Assembly: GCA_002269645.1 (NCBI GenBank)
Contig: NIVC01000600.1
Location: forward strand, 238,638 to 302,637
Source: Macrostomum lignano
Lineage: Eukaryota
DNA length: 64,000 nt
Direction: 5' to 3'
The position numbers and the translations under genes were made by a program. Positions 7,512 through 18,730 of this stretch are shown here, piece by piece (within the stretch, counting starts at the first letter, position 1; every line of letters starts with the position of its first letter). The notes beneath the pieces were generated by a model. The model was given only the letters and a program-made list of their open reading frames with translations. It searched no databases and was not told the DNA's origin.

Positions 7512-10114
7512 CAACACCAAGCATACGCCCGCCACGTATACCGGACCTCCTACTACGCCTACGCGACGCCAAACTTTATTCGTTGTGCGACCTTGCCGAC
7601 GCGTTTTACCAAGTCCGACTAGACCCAGACAGCGCCAAATATACCGCCTTCATCGCACCTAATGGCCTCCTTTTTCAGTTTAATCGCTTGCCACAGGGTC
7701 TGGCCGCATCTCCCAGCCTGATGTGTCGTCTAGTCGCTCTACTCACAGCAGATTCACCTAATCTTATCGCCTACCTGGACGATGTACTCCTAATCGCAAA
7801 GGACTTTAATGGCATGCTGGGTGAACTCAGACATTTCTTGGCGAAACTCCGCCATCACGGTCTTCGTATCTCGCTTAGAAAATGCACCTTTGCAAAGAAC
7901 GAAGTACAGTATCTAGGCTTTCAAGTGTCCGAACATGGAATCCGACCGGCACCAGCGCTTGTCGAAAAAATTAAGAACTTCCCGGAACCTAAGACACCTA
8001 AGCAACTGCAGTCCTTCCTCGGACTTGCCAACTTTTATCGCTCGCATGTACAAGGATACTCTACGATTGTGACACCATTGCTTCGTGCTCTCAAAGACGC
8101 TCTGGCTACAAAAAGTTTGAAATGGACTACTATCACACAGACGGCCTTTGACAACATCCGAAAGATTCTGTCAACTGATATTATACTAGTACATCCTGAT
8201 CCTCGAAAGCCCTACGTGCTTCATACGGATGCCTCTGACTACTCTCTTGGTGCAGTCCTCTCTCAACACGATTCGCGTGGACATCTGCAACCCGTCGCTT
8301 ACATCTCTAAAACTTTGACTCCGACGGAACAACGTTATCCTGCCATTGAGAGAGAAGCCTATGCTATCTATTGGGCGATTCGGAAGCTCCATGTTTTCCT
8401 ATACGCCTCACACCTACCATTTACAGTGTTCACGGATCACCAACCGTTGCAATCTCTGTTCACTGACAAACAGCCTCTCTCGAAACGACTGCAAAAGTGG
8501 ATTCTACATCTACAGGATTACCAATTTTCGATCCACTATATTAAAGGCCGCTCAAACGCTGTAGCCGACTGCCTGTCCCGTATTCCTAGTGTGAATACTT
8601 TACATCCCATCCCAGCCTTTGACAACTTGCACGAAGCAGTAAACCAAGACCCATTCTGTGCGACAGTGATAGCCACTCTACAGAACCAAAAAGACGACGT
8701 ACTAACATCCATGTACAAGAACTTATCGAAAACAGAACAAAAACATCTGACGAAACATCTACACCACTTCTACTACACCAACGACACACTCTACTACGAT
8801 CCATTGGAAGGTGACTCTCGTAGTCCTAACTCGTCGACACCACGTCTGGTGATCCCAACCGCCTACAGAGACGCTCTCCTTCAGGAATGCCATTCCTCTC
8901 CATTTGGAGGACACCTTGGTCTTCAGAAAACCTTGTCCCGACTCAGCAAATTCTACTATTGGCCCAATTGCCACGCAGACGTGACAAGCTTCGTTAACAA
9001 ATGCGAGATTTGTCAAAAAGCCAAATCAGGACCTCGACTGCGTTCAGAACAGAAAGCAATGAAATTCCGCAGTGTCTTCTCACACCTGGCTATTGATCTT
9101 GTAGGACCGTTACCACCGGCTCATTACATGCGAGATGTGTACAAGTACATCTTGACAGCTCAGTGTGGTGTTAGCAAGTTTCTGTTCACGATACCACTGG
9201 CTGATACAACCACGTCTACTATTTGCAACCATTTGTTTCGACATGTCTTCGCGATAGCCGGACTTCCGGCCTGTCTGATTTCTGATAATGGACCACAGTT
9301 CATTTCCAAGGAGTTCCGCGAGTACATGGACACAATGGGAATCCGACTGATCTACACATCAGTCTATCAACCATCCAGCAATTTCGTAGAACGTGCCCAC
9401 CGAAACCTCAAACAGACACTAACTACCTTTGTGCACGACAAGCCCGATCACTGGATCGAATATTTGCCAGCAGTGACTCTTGCGTTGAACACCGCAGCCC
9501 ACACTGCCATGAAGGAATCGCCATTCTACCTGTTCTACGCCCGTGACTTCCTGGCACCCAGCACAAGAATCCTCGAAAATCAAATATCGATCTACACCGA
9601 GGAAATCCAACCAATCAGCTTGACCTGCTCAGCGATCACATTGGCCAGAGAAATTGCTCTCCATCACCTACACTCTACAGCCGATCAACGGGCCCAGAAA
9701 CAGAACGAAGAAAAAGCCCCTAATGCTCAAAAGCTCACCATAGGCTCCCGCTGTTACTTAGACATATCTGCTACTAAGCTGACAAAGTTCTCTAATCCGT
9801 TCCGAGGACCGATGCGAATTCTAAAATGGCTGAGCCCACAGAATGCGCTAATCCAGGATATTAATAAGCTGACAGAGCCACCATTCGTAGTCCATGCCTC
9901 CAAGCTAAAACGTTCCCCTTTTCAACCACAAGAGGAACTCAATCTGCCGAACTTCACATCATCGATACCACAGACTCACTTCGACCACCACCCGCCACTG
10001 GCACAGCATCACGCTACTCAGACTGACGTCGTGGATGAGCCTGACACTCGTGATCAGCACGGACTAGAACCTATTCCAGCTGTGCGATATCATCTGCGCT
10101 CACGGGATGTGTGA
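7505..10114 (+). CDS. pol: pol part 2: RT, RNase H, integrase (continues part 1 after an apparent 1-bp deletion near 7505; ORF track 7583-10114)
   Basis: CDLADAFYQV, LPQGLAASP, AYLDDVLL, HTDASDYSLGAVL, EREAYAI, TDHQPL, HHCC zinc finger (H..GGHLG..CEICQ), IDLVGP, SDNGPQF, VERAHRNLK, FRGPM. Frame 2 reads on as ILTTPSIRPPRIPDLLLRLRDAKLYSLCDL directly from ~7505. Confidence 0.92.
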   Translation: MLTTPSIRPPRIPDLLLRLRDAKLYSLCDLADAFYQVRLDPDSAKYTAFIAPNGLLFQFNRLPQGLAASPSLMCRLVALLTADSPNLIAYLDDVLLIAKDFNGMLGELRHFLAKLRHHGLRISLRKCTFAKNEVQYLGFQVSEHGIRPAPALVEKIKNFPEPKTPKQLQSFLGLANFYRSHVQGYSTIVTPLLRALKDALATKSLKWTTITQTAFDNIRKILSTDIILVHPDPRKPYVLHTDASDYSLGAVLSQHDSRGHLQPVAYISKTLTPTEQRYPAIEREAYAIYWAIRKLHVFLYASHLPFTVFTDHQPLQSLFTDKQPLSKRLQKWILHLQDYQFSIHYIKGRSNAVADCLSRIPSVNTLHPIPAFDNLHEAVNQDPFCATVIATLQNQKDDVLTSMYKNLSKTEQKHLTKHLHHFYYTNDTLYYDPLEGDSRSPNSSTPRLVIPTAYRDALLQECHSSPFGGHLGLQKTLSRLSKFYYWPNCHADVTSFVNKCEICQKAKSGPRLRSEQKAMKFRSVFSHLAIDLVGPLPPAHYMRDVYKYILTAQCGVSKFLFTIPLADTTTSTICNHLFRHVFAIAGLPACLISDNGPQFISKEFREYMDTMGIRLIYTSVYQPSSNFVERAHRNLKQTLTTFVHDKPDHWIEYLPAVTLALNTAAHTAMKESPFYLFYARDFLAPSTRILENQISIYTEEIQPISLTCSAITLAREIALHHLHSTADQRAQKQNEEKAPNAQKLTIGSRCYLDISATKLTKFSNPFRGPMRILKWLSPQNALIQDINKLTEPPFVVHASKLKRSPFQPQEELNLPNFTSSIPQTHFDHHPPLAQHHATQTDVVDEPDTRDQHGLEPIPAVRYHLRSRDV

Positions 10115-11839
10115 ATCAATACGCGGCAGTTGATTATCGATGGACAGTTGATTATCGATACGTTTTGAAAATTATTTTTGTTTATATTATTTCTATTAGT
10201 TTTATAATTATATATTATATCTTTCTTCCTCTTAAATCGCAATTTATCATTTTCCGCTTCAACTTATATATCTTCGTTAGATAATTTCCTTGACAATACG
10301 CTACTCTTTTGCTACTCACAGTAGAAATGTCAGTTCTCAACACTCTTATCAAAATTATTGTTTTATTCTGTTGTCGTCAAACGCTTTAGCCCTACATTTT
10401 ATTTGCTTACCTTTAATTACTATCACTCACCCTTGAAAAAATTTATCAGAACCATCTTCTCTACTCTTGCTCACCCACGTGAACTCAATGATCTTTTCTT
10501 TCGTCACCTCATAATCCCTATTCGGTCTTTTGTAAGACCACGCGTTACCCGGATCTACACAGCCGTCCCGCTCTACACTGCAATCCGGCTCTACACGCTG
10601 CCCTGACCGAAATTCAGCTTCGACTCTGTTCAACACCAACCCGGCCCACTGCCCAGCCCTATCTACTACTTGGAAACAACCTGCTATGCTCCGAATTAAC
10701 AGACTACATGCCTGCTACCGACAACTACGGCTAACTACGAACTACGACACCGGCCTGACTACAGAAACCCTACTGGCTGCAACAAAACTAAGACGAACAG
10801 CACTATCTGACACGTGGTGGCCTTGAAAAAGGCCGTTTTGACGTTGGCGCCCAAAGGACGCAGAAGACTTGGCAGACCAACTGTGCAGTTACACCGCAGT
10901 CTCCTGGACACGGGCAGTTGCAGCGGGCCGCAATGGTGCGCGACAACAGCGGCTGCAGCCGCCAAAGCAGCAGCAACACTTGCAGCAACAACAGCAGGCT
11001 ACAAACGCCGCCACTAGCAGTAACAGCAGCAGCAGCATGATGGCGACGACCGCGCTGATGGAAATGAAATACGCGTGACGCCCCTGGAGAATACCAGCCG
11101 CGATCTCTGTAATTTGCTCTCTTCCCAAAGACAGACCAGCCATTGACTAATCTAACTTGAATGATAAACGAGCTATATCGAAACTTAAAAACAATTGCGG
11201 ACAAAACCTGAACTAGAAAATTCCCTCCCTATCGTTTTTTATCTTATTTATACCACGCGACTCCATCCTTTCCTTTGAATTAGCTTCAGTGTACACTCAC
11301 GCGCTCTACGAACACCCACCCCAAGCCAATAATCTCTTCGACCCCACGTACAATGTACATTCTACACCCTTGATTAAAAATAGCTTTCTTTTTCACCTTG
11401 CGTCCCAGTCGTTTCTTTATAACAGTCAAACGAAATAATCTCAATTTCGTTTGACTGTCCTTTACTCAATTTTATTTATACCTCTAACTTTACTTGTTGC
11501 CTATTTTAGTCCATCTGAAAATTCTATGTTTTATCTGTCTTTGTCTGTTTTAGCAAACCCTTTAATAAGCCACTTTTGAAACTTGTTTTATCCTCCTTGC
11601 TATTCCTCTGTTCATTTAACTTTGGTTTCAACAGCTTTACTCTAATATTTAATGCCCTTTCCTAAGCCATGCTCTATGCTTATTTTCACCATTTTACTCA
11701 CCACTTTATCCACTTTCTCTAGCCTTCACCTTGCGCCTCGTATGCAAGTAGCATTAGTTACAACTTCACTAATAATCCAACACCTGTTTTCTTTTGCTTA
11801 TGCCGCTCGGTGGGCCTTCGCTTTGTGAAATAAGGGCAA

Positions 11840-12396
11840 TGAAGTGATCTTAATTTAAGCATGTTATGCCCAATGTTATTTTTTAGTCTAATGCGAACTT
11901 CAGAAGGTTTTTCTATCAGGAAAGTACAGCACATGCTTGTGCACCAGTAAAGATCCTATTGCGTGAAGCGAACACCAATGAAATGCGTTATAGAAATCAT
12001 ATATATACTAGCGTTCAGTGAGAATGAAGCCTCTCTCCAGTTTTTCCCGGTTCTCGGCTCTCCGCCTCTTTGCCTCCTCAACTGCTCCGCTAGCTTGCCC
12101 CAACAATCGGGCCTGAACTCTAATATCCCGATTTAACAGAGATAAATCCGGACAAACGTCAATTCGTGCAACAATATCGATAAGTAGCCTGTGGCTCCAT
12201 TTTCACTGAATTGCTTAACAAATTTGCGTAATTGCGTGATCAATATCCTATTAGGAATTGCTACTAACATTGATTAGTAATAAACATCTTGTTGAAGGTT
12301 AGAGATCGAGAGAAACAAATCGAACCTCCGACTTATTTGATTCAACAGAAACATCAACGATCATAGTCATCGTCAGAGGGGCACACCCCCGCAACA
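11840..12396 (+). repeat. putative 3' LTR of the gag-env-pol element
   Basis: Purine-rich GAAATAAGGGCAA followed by TG at ~11840 (alternative start TGTT at 11862), AATAAA near 12277, end ...GCAACA at 12396 just before host intron sequence. No second LTR is available to confirm. Confidence 0.35.
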
Positions 12397-12472
12397 CATT
12401 ATTCTAAAACATTTGAGAAGGAAGTAGAATTTTAGCCATACCAGTAGACAATTGCTATCTTCATCAGCCTAC

Positions 12473-15400
12473 CTTGCCCTGATGATTCGATCTCAGAAGG
12501 AAAGTCATCAGCACTGTAAAATGTCACATCAAGTTCATTAAAAAAATCGACTTCAAGCCACAGCAGCAGGAGGAAACTCAACGCTCGCTCACCCAGCTCA
12601 AAAAACAGTCCAACGCTAATCAGAGCGAACGGCATTTGCCTGCCGCAGAACTGATACAGCACGGAGCCGAAGGGAAATCCGACTGAAAATTGACGGAGAA
12701 TACGGAGAATTTGACCTCAGACTGCTCATAAACCAAAATCAAGTTCTCTGTTCACTGAGTCTGCCTTAAACTTCTCCCTTTTTTGCCATTCAACAGCAGC
12801 ACTCAGCACCCAATAAGACAATGTTCTTAGCACTAGCACTTAGCACTACTTTCAGCACTCAATAATAAATAATAATAATAATTGATTACACCTGCCCTAT
12901 TGGGCAGATGGGCAACCGACAGCTCAGCCGCAGCTATTGCGCGGCGCATCTGAAGGCTGCGTACGGCTGTTCAGTCCAAGGACTGGGGCTGGGGCGGGGT
13001 GTCACCACACACACCCTTAACTATACCCCAACTAATGCTGGCACCCATCTTACAGCTGGGTGAACTGAAGCAATGCAGAGTTAAGTCTCTTGCTCAAGGA
13101 CACAAATTGTTCCAGTGGGATCAAGAATCGAACCCCCGACCTTTCAGTCGTGAGTCCAACGCTCTGACCACTAGGCTACAACCCCCTCAACACAGTACAC
13201 AGCAATCAGTTCGTAGAAACCTGCACTGGGCATTCTGCGTTCGGCACTTTGCTTCTCAGCCCATGGACACCAAACAGACAGGCGTGAAAGCTTACTCAGC
13301 ACTCCCATGGCCTGTCCGCCCAACGCCAGTCCCATGGCTTTCGAACGCGACTGCTCGTCGGGGAAAATGTAAGCCAACAGGGCGAAGCCTGCAAATTGGG
13401 GAGTTGAGAAATGTCAGCAAATACTGACAGGTGACAGGCAACTCAGTGAAATGCTCTCACCAGCGATGGCGGTGCACGAAGAGCCAAGTCCGTGGATTGA
13501 TCGACCGGCTAGAAATGCCCAGAAACTGTCAGCCAGGCTGTACACTGCAACGTCGGGAGCAGGGTTTGACGAGGCAAATGTTCACTTGGCAAAGTTGCAT
13601 AACGATTTGATTATAATCTATACAAACCATTACCAATGGCTGATGTAAACATTGTGAGCACTCCAACTAGGAGAACCGCCACACAGCCGTGTCTGGAGCA
13701 GAAATCGAGTGATCGAATTTCTTTTAAAGTTTATTTTTTGCTGAATTGAGAGTCAGAGTTTGTCTACTGATAAGTAGAGTATAGAGTTTGGATCAGAAAG
13801 GTTGCATGGGGCGAGAGTATACCGATACTCTGAAGTTTTTGTTCAGCCAAGCTAACGGGTGGCTTGGGCAGGTCAACCGAAGAAGTCTACGAACGTATAG
13901 CAACAGGAACCGATCCTGTCAGTATTACCCGGGTAGGGACCACCTCTTACGTTGTCCTTGCAGCCTGGGTTTGATTCGTTGATTCTATGGTCAGATTGGG
14001 GTGTCGATTCGTTGATTCTATGGTCAGATTGGGGTGTCAATTCGTGATTCTATGGTCGGATTGGGGTGTCAATTCGTGGTTCTATGGTCGGATTGGGGTG
14101 TCAATTCGTTGATTCTATAGTCGGATTGGGGTGTCAATTCGTTGATTCTATAGTCGGATTGGGGTGTCAATTCGTTGATTCTATGGTCAGATTGGGGTGT
14201 CAATTCGTTGATTCTATGGTCAGATTGGGGTGTCAATGCGTGATTCCATGGTCGGATTGGGGTCTCAATTCGTTGATTCTATGGTCGGATTGGGGTGTCA
14301 ATTCGTTGATTCTATGGTCAGATTGGGGCGTCAATTCGTTGATTTTATGGTCAGATTGGGGTGTCAATTCGTGATTCTATGGTCGGATTGGGGTGTCAAT
14401 TCGTGATTCTATGGTCGGATTGGGGTGTCAATTCGTTGATTCTATAGTCGGATTGGGGTGTCAATTCGTTGATTCTATAGTCGGATTGGGGTGTCAATTC
14501 GTTGATTCTATAGTCGGATTGGGGTGTCAATTCGTTGATTCTATGGTCAGATTGGAGTGTCAATTCGTTGATTCTATGGTCAGATTGGGGTGTCAATGCG
14601 TGATTCCATGGTCGGATTGGGGTGTCAATTCGTTGATTCTATGGTCAGATTGGGGTCTCAATTCGTTGATTCTATGGTCGGATTGGGGTGTCAATTCGTT
14701 GATTCTATGGTCAGATTGGGGCGTCAATTCGTTGATTTTATGGTCAGATTGGGGTGTCAATTCGTGATTCTATGGTCGGATTGGGGTGTCAATTCGTGAT
14801 TCTATGGTCGGATTGGGGTGTCAATTCGTTGATTCTATAGTCGGATTGGGGTGTCAATTCGTTGATTCTATAGTCGGATTGGGGTGTCAATTCGTTGATT
14901 CTATGGTCAGATTGGGGTGTCAATTCGTTGATTCTATGGTCAGATTGGGGTGTCAATGCGTGATTCCATGGTCGGATTGGGGTCTCAATTCGTTGATTCT
15001 ATGGTCGGATTGGGGTGTCAATTCGTTGATTCTATGGTCAGATTGGGGCGTCAATTCGTTGATTTTATGGTCAGATTGGGGTGTCAATTCGTGATTCTAT
15101 GGTCGGATTGGGGTGTCAATTCGTGATTCTATGGTCGGATTGGGGTGTCAATTCGTGATTCTATGGTCGGATTGGGGTGTCAATTCGTGATTTTATGGTC
15201 AGATTGGGGTGTCAATTCGTGATTCTATGGTCGGATTGGGGTGTCAATTCGTGATTCTATGGTCAGATTGGGGTGTCAATTCGTTGATTCTATGGTCAGA
15301 TTGGGGTGTCAATTCGTGATTCTATGGTCGGATTGGGGTGTCAATTCGTGATTCTATGGTCAGATTGGGGTGTCAATTCGTGATTCCATGGTCGGATTGG

Positions 15401-16265
15401 GGTGTCAATTCGTGATTCTATGGTCAGATTGGGGTGTCAATTCGTTGATTCTATGGTCGGATTGGCGTGCGAAAAAACCTGCTCACTTATTGACAAAATG
15501 TCCCACAAACGGGTTGGTGACAATCTGCACAAGCGACCTCGAGGCCAGCAGGCAGCCCACTTTGTCGTTTTCGTCGGAGATGTCCAACAGTTTGCGGATG
15601 TCGTCGACCACGGGAAGACTGCCGGATGCGCCCTGGCTGTCTACCCGGCTGCTGGCAGCTGCGCCCAAGATGCTGGAATTTCTTGCGGACTGCTGGTTGA
15701 AGCTGGCTGCTCTAGCCGAATGGAGATCTCGCTCGTAGAGGTAGTGTGGAATTATTGGCGCTGCAAGTCGGGGTGGTTTTGTATCGCATGCACCATCGGG
15801 GCTAAAATATGCTGTTAGAGGACTAAATATTCAGCGAAAGGCATTTAAATTTATCGAAATTTACAACCGTTAAAGCACTGTAGTGTACAGCCACATATAG
15901 CAGTGTTAGACATGTCAGTGACTATAAAAGGTTCTACTTCTGTAAAGTTAGAGACTCAACAATGAGAGACTAGGGAGTGACACTACATGCAATGACGGGC
16001 TCTGATACTTACACACTGAAGTGACAGAACTTGACACTCTACAGTGACCGCACTGCTTGGAATCTGCTTAGAAGTCATGCAGTTTGCAGTAGTGTTCAGT
16101 CAGACCCCGAGAACTTAAGCAAAAAAATGGCTCACCGATGGCGGTGACTAGGCACTGGTCGAATAAGTTGACGGCAATCACCAAGCCCAGGATGAAGGGT
16201 TTCGAGTTCTCCAGGTGACACCTCACTGACGCCGCTAGTCGAATGGCAAAAGCGATGGCGCCCAT
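12473..16265 (-). CDS. SLC18-family vesicular amine transporter (VMAT-like), N-terminal 7 exons: 16265-16136, 15760-15487, 13692-13634, 13544-13461, 13388-13296, 12682-12593, 12513-12473; remainder not in window
   Basis: GT-AG exons with consistent phases encode NSKPFILGLVIAVNLFDQCLVTAI-APIIPHYLY..ENDKVGCLLASRSLVQIVTNPFVGHFVNK..GRSIHGLGSSCTAIAG-FALLAYIFPDEQSRSKAMGLALGGQAMGVL-IGFPFGSVLYQFCGRQMPF. This parallels VMAT motifs ([57 protein letters not shown]). Confidence 0.9.
12861..13184 (-). mobile_element. tRNA-derived SINE in VMAT-like intron
   Basis: Minus-strand head GGGGTTGTAGCCTAGTGGTCAGAGCG...GGTTCGATTC (pol III A and B boxes), central GTGTCCTTGAGCAAGAGACTTAAC...CCAGCTGTAAGATGGGT, (TTA)n-like tail at ~12861-12880. 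Confidence 0.75.
13972..15465. repeat. 32/33-bp minisatellite (TTCGTTGATTCTATGGTCAGATTGGGGTGTCAA)n in VMAT-like intron
   Basis: Roughly 45 near-identical head-to-tail units visible directly. Confidence 0.97.
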
Positions 16266-18730
16266 TTTTTCTTCGAGCTATAGCGTGAACGAACCCAGCA
16301 GAATTGAGCTCCGGCTCATTAATTTTTCCCCAACCCTTATATTCTTCTCCAGCTTGGATTCGGAATCCAATGGGGTGATCGAGTGCACACCCACCGATCC
16401 AGGTTCGAAATATTTTTTTAATAAAGTGTGGGAGAACGATTGAGCGTGTGTGGCTCAGAGGCGATAAAGGAGCTCTGGAAAAGTCTGAAGCGATATCACC
16501 GCAACAGTGAGCTCGAATATTCGACTTCAGCAGTTATTAATTTTTCGTTTTTGCTCTTGCAGAGTACCTTTGGGAGTTGGAGCCGTTCATTTAGCCAAGA
16601 TTTCCTCGCTAGGCCAGTTTGGCATCGCTCGATGAACCTTGAAATGAAGTTTTCATGCAAATAAAGAAGCGCACTGCATCGATATATTTTCAGAGAAATA
16701 TGCTGAACTTCGTACAAAAATTATTTCAAGGTTGGTAAAGACAATTCACGAATTTTCTCCCTATTGTAGACCTCAGAGACATGCACAGTTTTTTGCTGTG
16801 CTGAGATCCAATTGTTTTTTTTAGATATAAGAGAAGCAAATATTCAGAAACATTTATATGCTCGTATATTTAGGCTTACATCCGCACGTGTACGAAGTTC
16901 GACTGTATGATCAGATTAAATTTAAGATCTATGCAAAACTTTATGCATTATGTACAACTTCATAGTATTTTATTTTAGAGCGTAATCGAATTCCGTACTT
17001 TTTTGTATTTTTGAATGCGTTAATTGGGCGGTCTTTTAACGCCAGAGTTGTACTGTGTGTGTATGCATTTTTCATAAACATATTGAATTTTTATGAAAAA
17101 TAAGAATGAAAAACAAAACAAATCTTAGTATAAATAAAATTCTAACATTCTAATACCGATTGAAAATTTATTTTATGCTTTGGTAAACTTTAAATAAATA
17201 GAGACTGCATGGTGCAGCCTCATCTTCGTATAATTATCGTTCAATAACTAAGCGTTTAACTGTTCGATATTGTTCAATTATGCGAAATTTAGCTAAAACC
17301 AACTGACCCATTATATTTTAGGACAACCAGTTTTCATTAAGTTTCCAAAGTTTCAAAGCTTTCCAAAGCATACACAGCCTTAATCGTTGTCGAACGAAAC
17401 CTCGACGCGATGAAAATCATTTATCGATTAAAATCATAAATTCATTAAAAGCCGACGGGAGGCCCCTTGCGCGCACGCGCTCGCAGAGCAGGCGAGAGGG
17501 GCAGGTTGCAGCAGCCTGAGGGGTCAGCTCAAGCGCCTGCAAGTCAGCGATGAGGCAGTCCGTTAGAGTGGCAGTGCCAAAGTTGGCATTAGCTATAACA
17601 AAAGCAAGCAACTTCTGGTAACAGAAAACTGTATTGTCTTATTTTTTCCCTTTCAAAAATATAAAATTCTATTAAAATCATGAAAAGCTTTCGTTTTCTA
17701 TAATTTTTTTTACGTACAATAAAGCGAAATAAAAAATTCATAGAAACCACGAAAATACTCAAATGATCGCAATTTACATCAACAAAGCCAACGAAAGAAC
17801 TTCACTTCACTTCACCTATTTTTTCTAATATGACATAGTCGAAAAAGGAGCTGAAAGAAGATCAATATTCACTTAAACAGAGTTTCCGATTTTTTTAGTT
17901 TTGAGGCATAAGCATTTTTTTCTCATTTAGACATCGAAGTTAATTTTTACTCGTCCTGCCAATATATTCAAGTTACTAAATTGTCATTGTCGACTTTCTA
18001 TGATACGAGAACAAACTTTTTAAAATATAATATCATTCTGTTAGTGTTAGCATATATTTACTTTTTGCAATTTAATTGTGCTCCTTATCGCTGGTCCAAA
18101 AATGATAGTCCTCAAATTATCACAAGTTTAGTTTTTCTCTTTTATTTTCTTTTCTAGGCTTTTATGAGTGTGGGCTAACTAAGGGAGTATAGTTAGCTCT
18201 AAATATGTAGTTTTGAATTTTCATTTGTTTTCAAGTTTCAATGGTTAAATATTTATTAATTGTTAGACGATTTACTGAATTAAAGCCTTAATTTAAATAT
18301 ATTTTTATATAACGATTTCAGGTACAATGCTACTTTTGGTTTAAAGCAGATCAATTTAAAAAATCTGGTTAAAATAAATTATAGTATTCAAAAAAGTTTT
18401 TAAATCTATTTGAATAATTATATTTTCCATATGTATTAATAAAATAGAAGTAATTTGAATCTATCATTCTTTTAAATATTTTGATAGTCCTTAAAACTCA
18501 TATTTTATATTATTATCAAATACCTAACTTTAATTTGTAAAAGCTAGAGATTTTCTATTTCTCAGTTAAAAGACTAACATCAGTATTAACTGTTTCTTAC
18601 TTGTTTTTTATTTTTTCTAAATTTCTAGGTCTGCAACCAACTTGGCAAGCCACTCTGTGCAACCAGTTAACAAGCAGCCTGTCCTCTCCAGACAGTAGTG
18701 GATTAAGCATTGCAGCCAGGGCCGCATGAA

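Larger units (their letters stand above)
1..12396 (+). mobile_element. env-bearing Ty3/Gypsy (Metaviridae-like) LTR retroelement with gag-env-pol order; 5' LTR not in window, 3' boundary approximate
   Basis: Gag capsid/zinc knuckles, a gB-like glycoprotein, protease LIDSGAS, RT YLDD, RNase H and integrase in Gypsy order (RT-RH-IN). No copy of the presumed 3' LTR was seen at 1-1500, so the 5' LTR is presumably upstream of the window. Confidence 0.88.

Noticed and set aside
7495-7515. Programmed frameshift inside RT
   Set aside because: No slippery heptamer, and a shift inside the RT core is not a known strategy; a 1-bp deletion explains it.
13110-13184. tRNA gene (also 27865-27936)
   Set aside because: A and B boxes are present but continue into SINE body and tail; no complete cloverleaf was recognised.
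13788-13982. Alternative VMAT exon 3 candidates (IGSCCYTF.., IGILSPHA..)
   Set aside because: Phase or stop conflicts; 13692-13634 fits phases, splice sites and length.
13972-15465. CRISPR-like or coding appearance of the 33-bp array
   Set aside because: Units are head-to-tail with no unique spacers, no cas genes are present, and the context is a eukaryotic intron.
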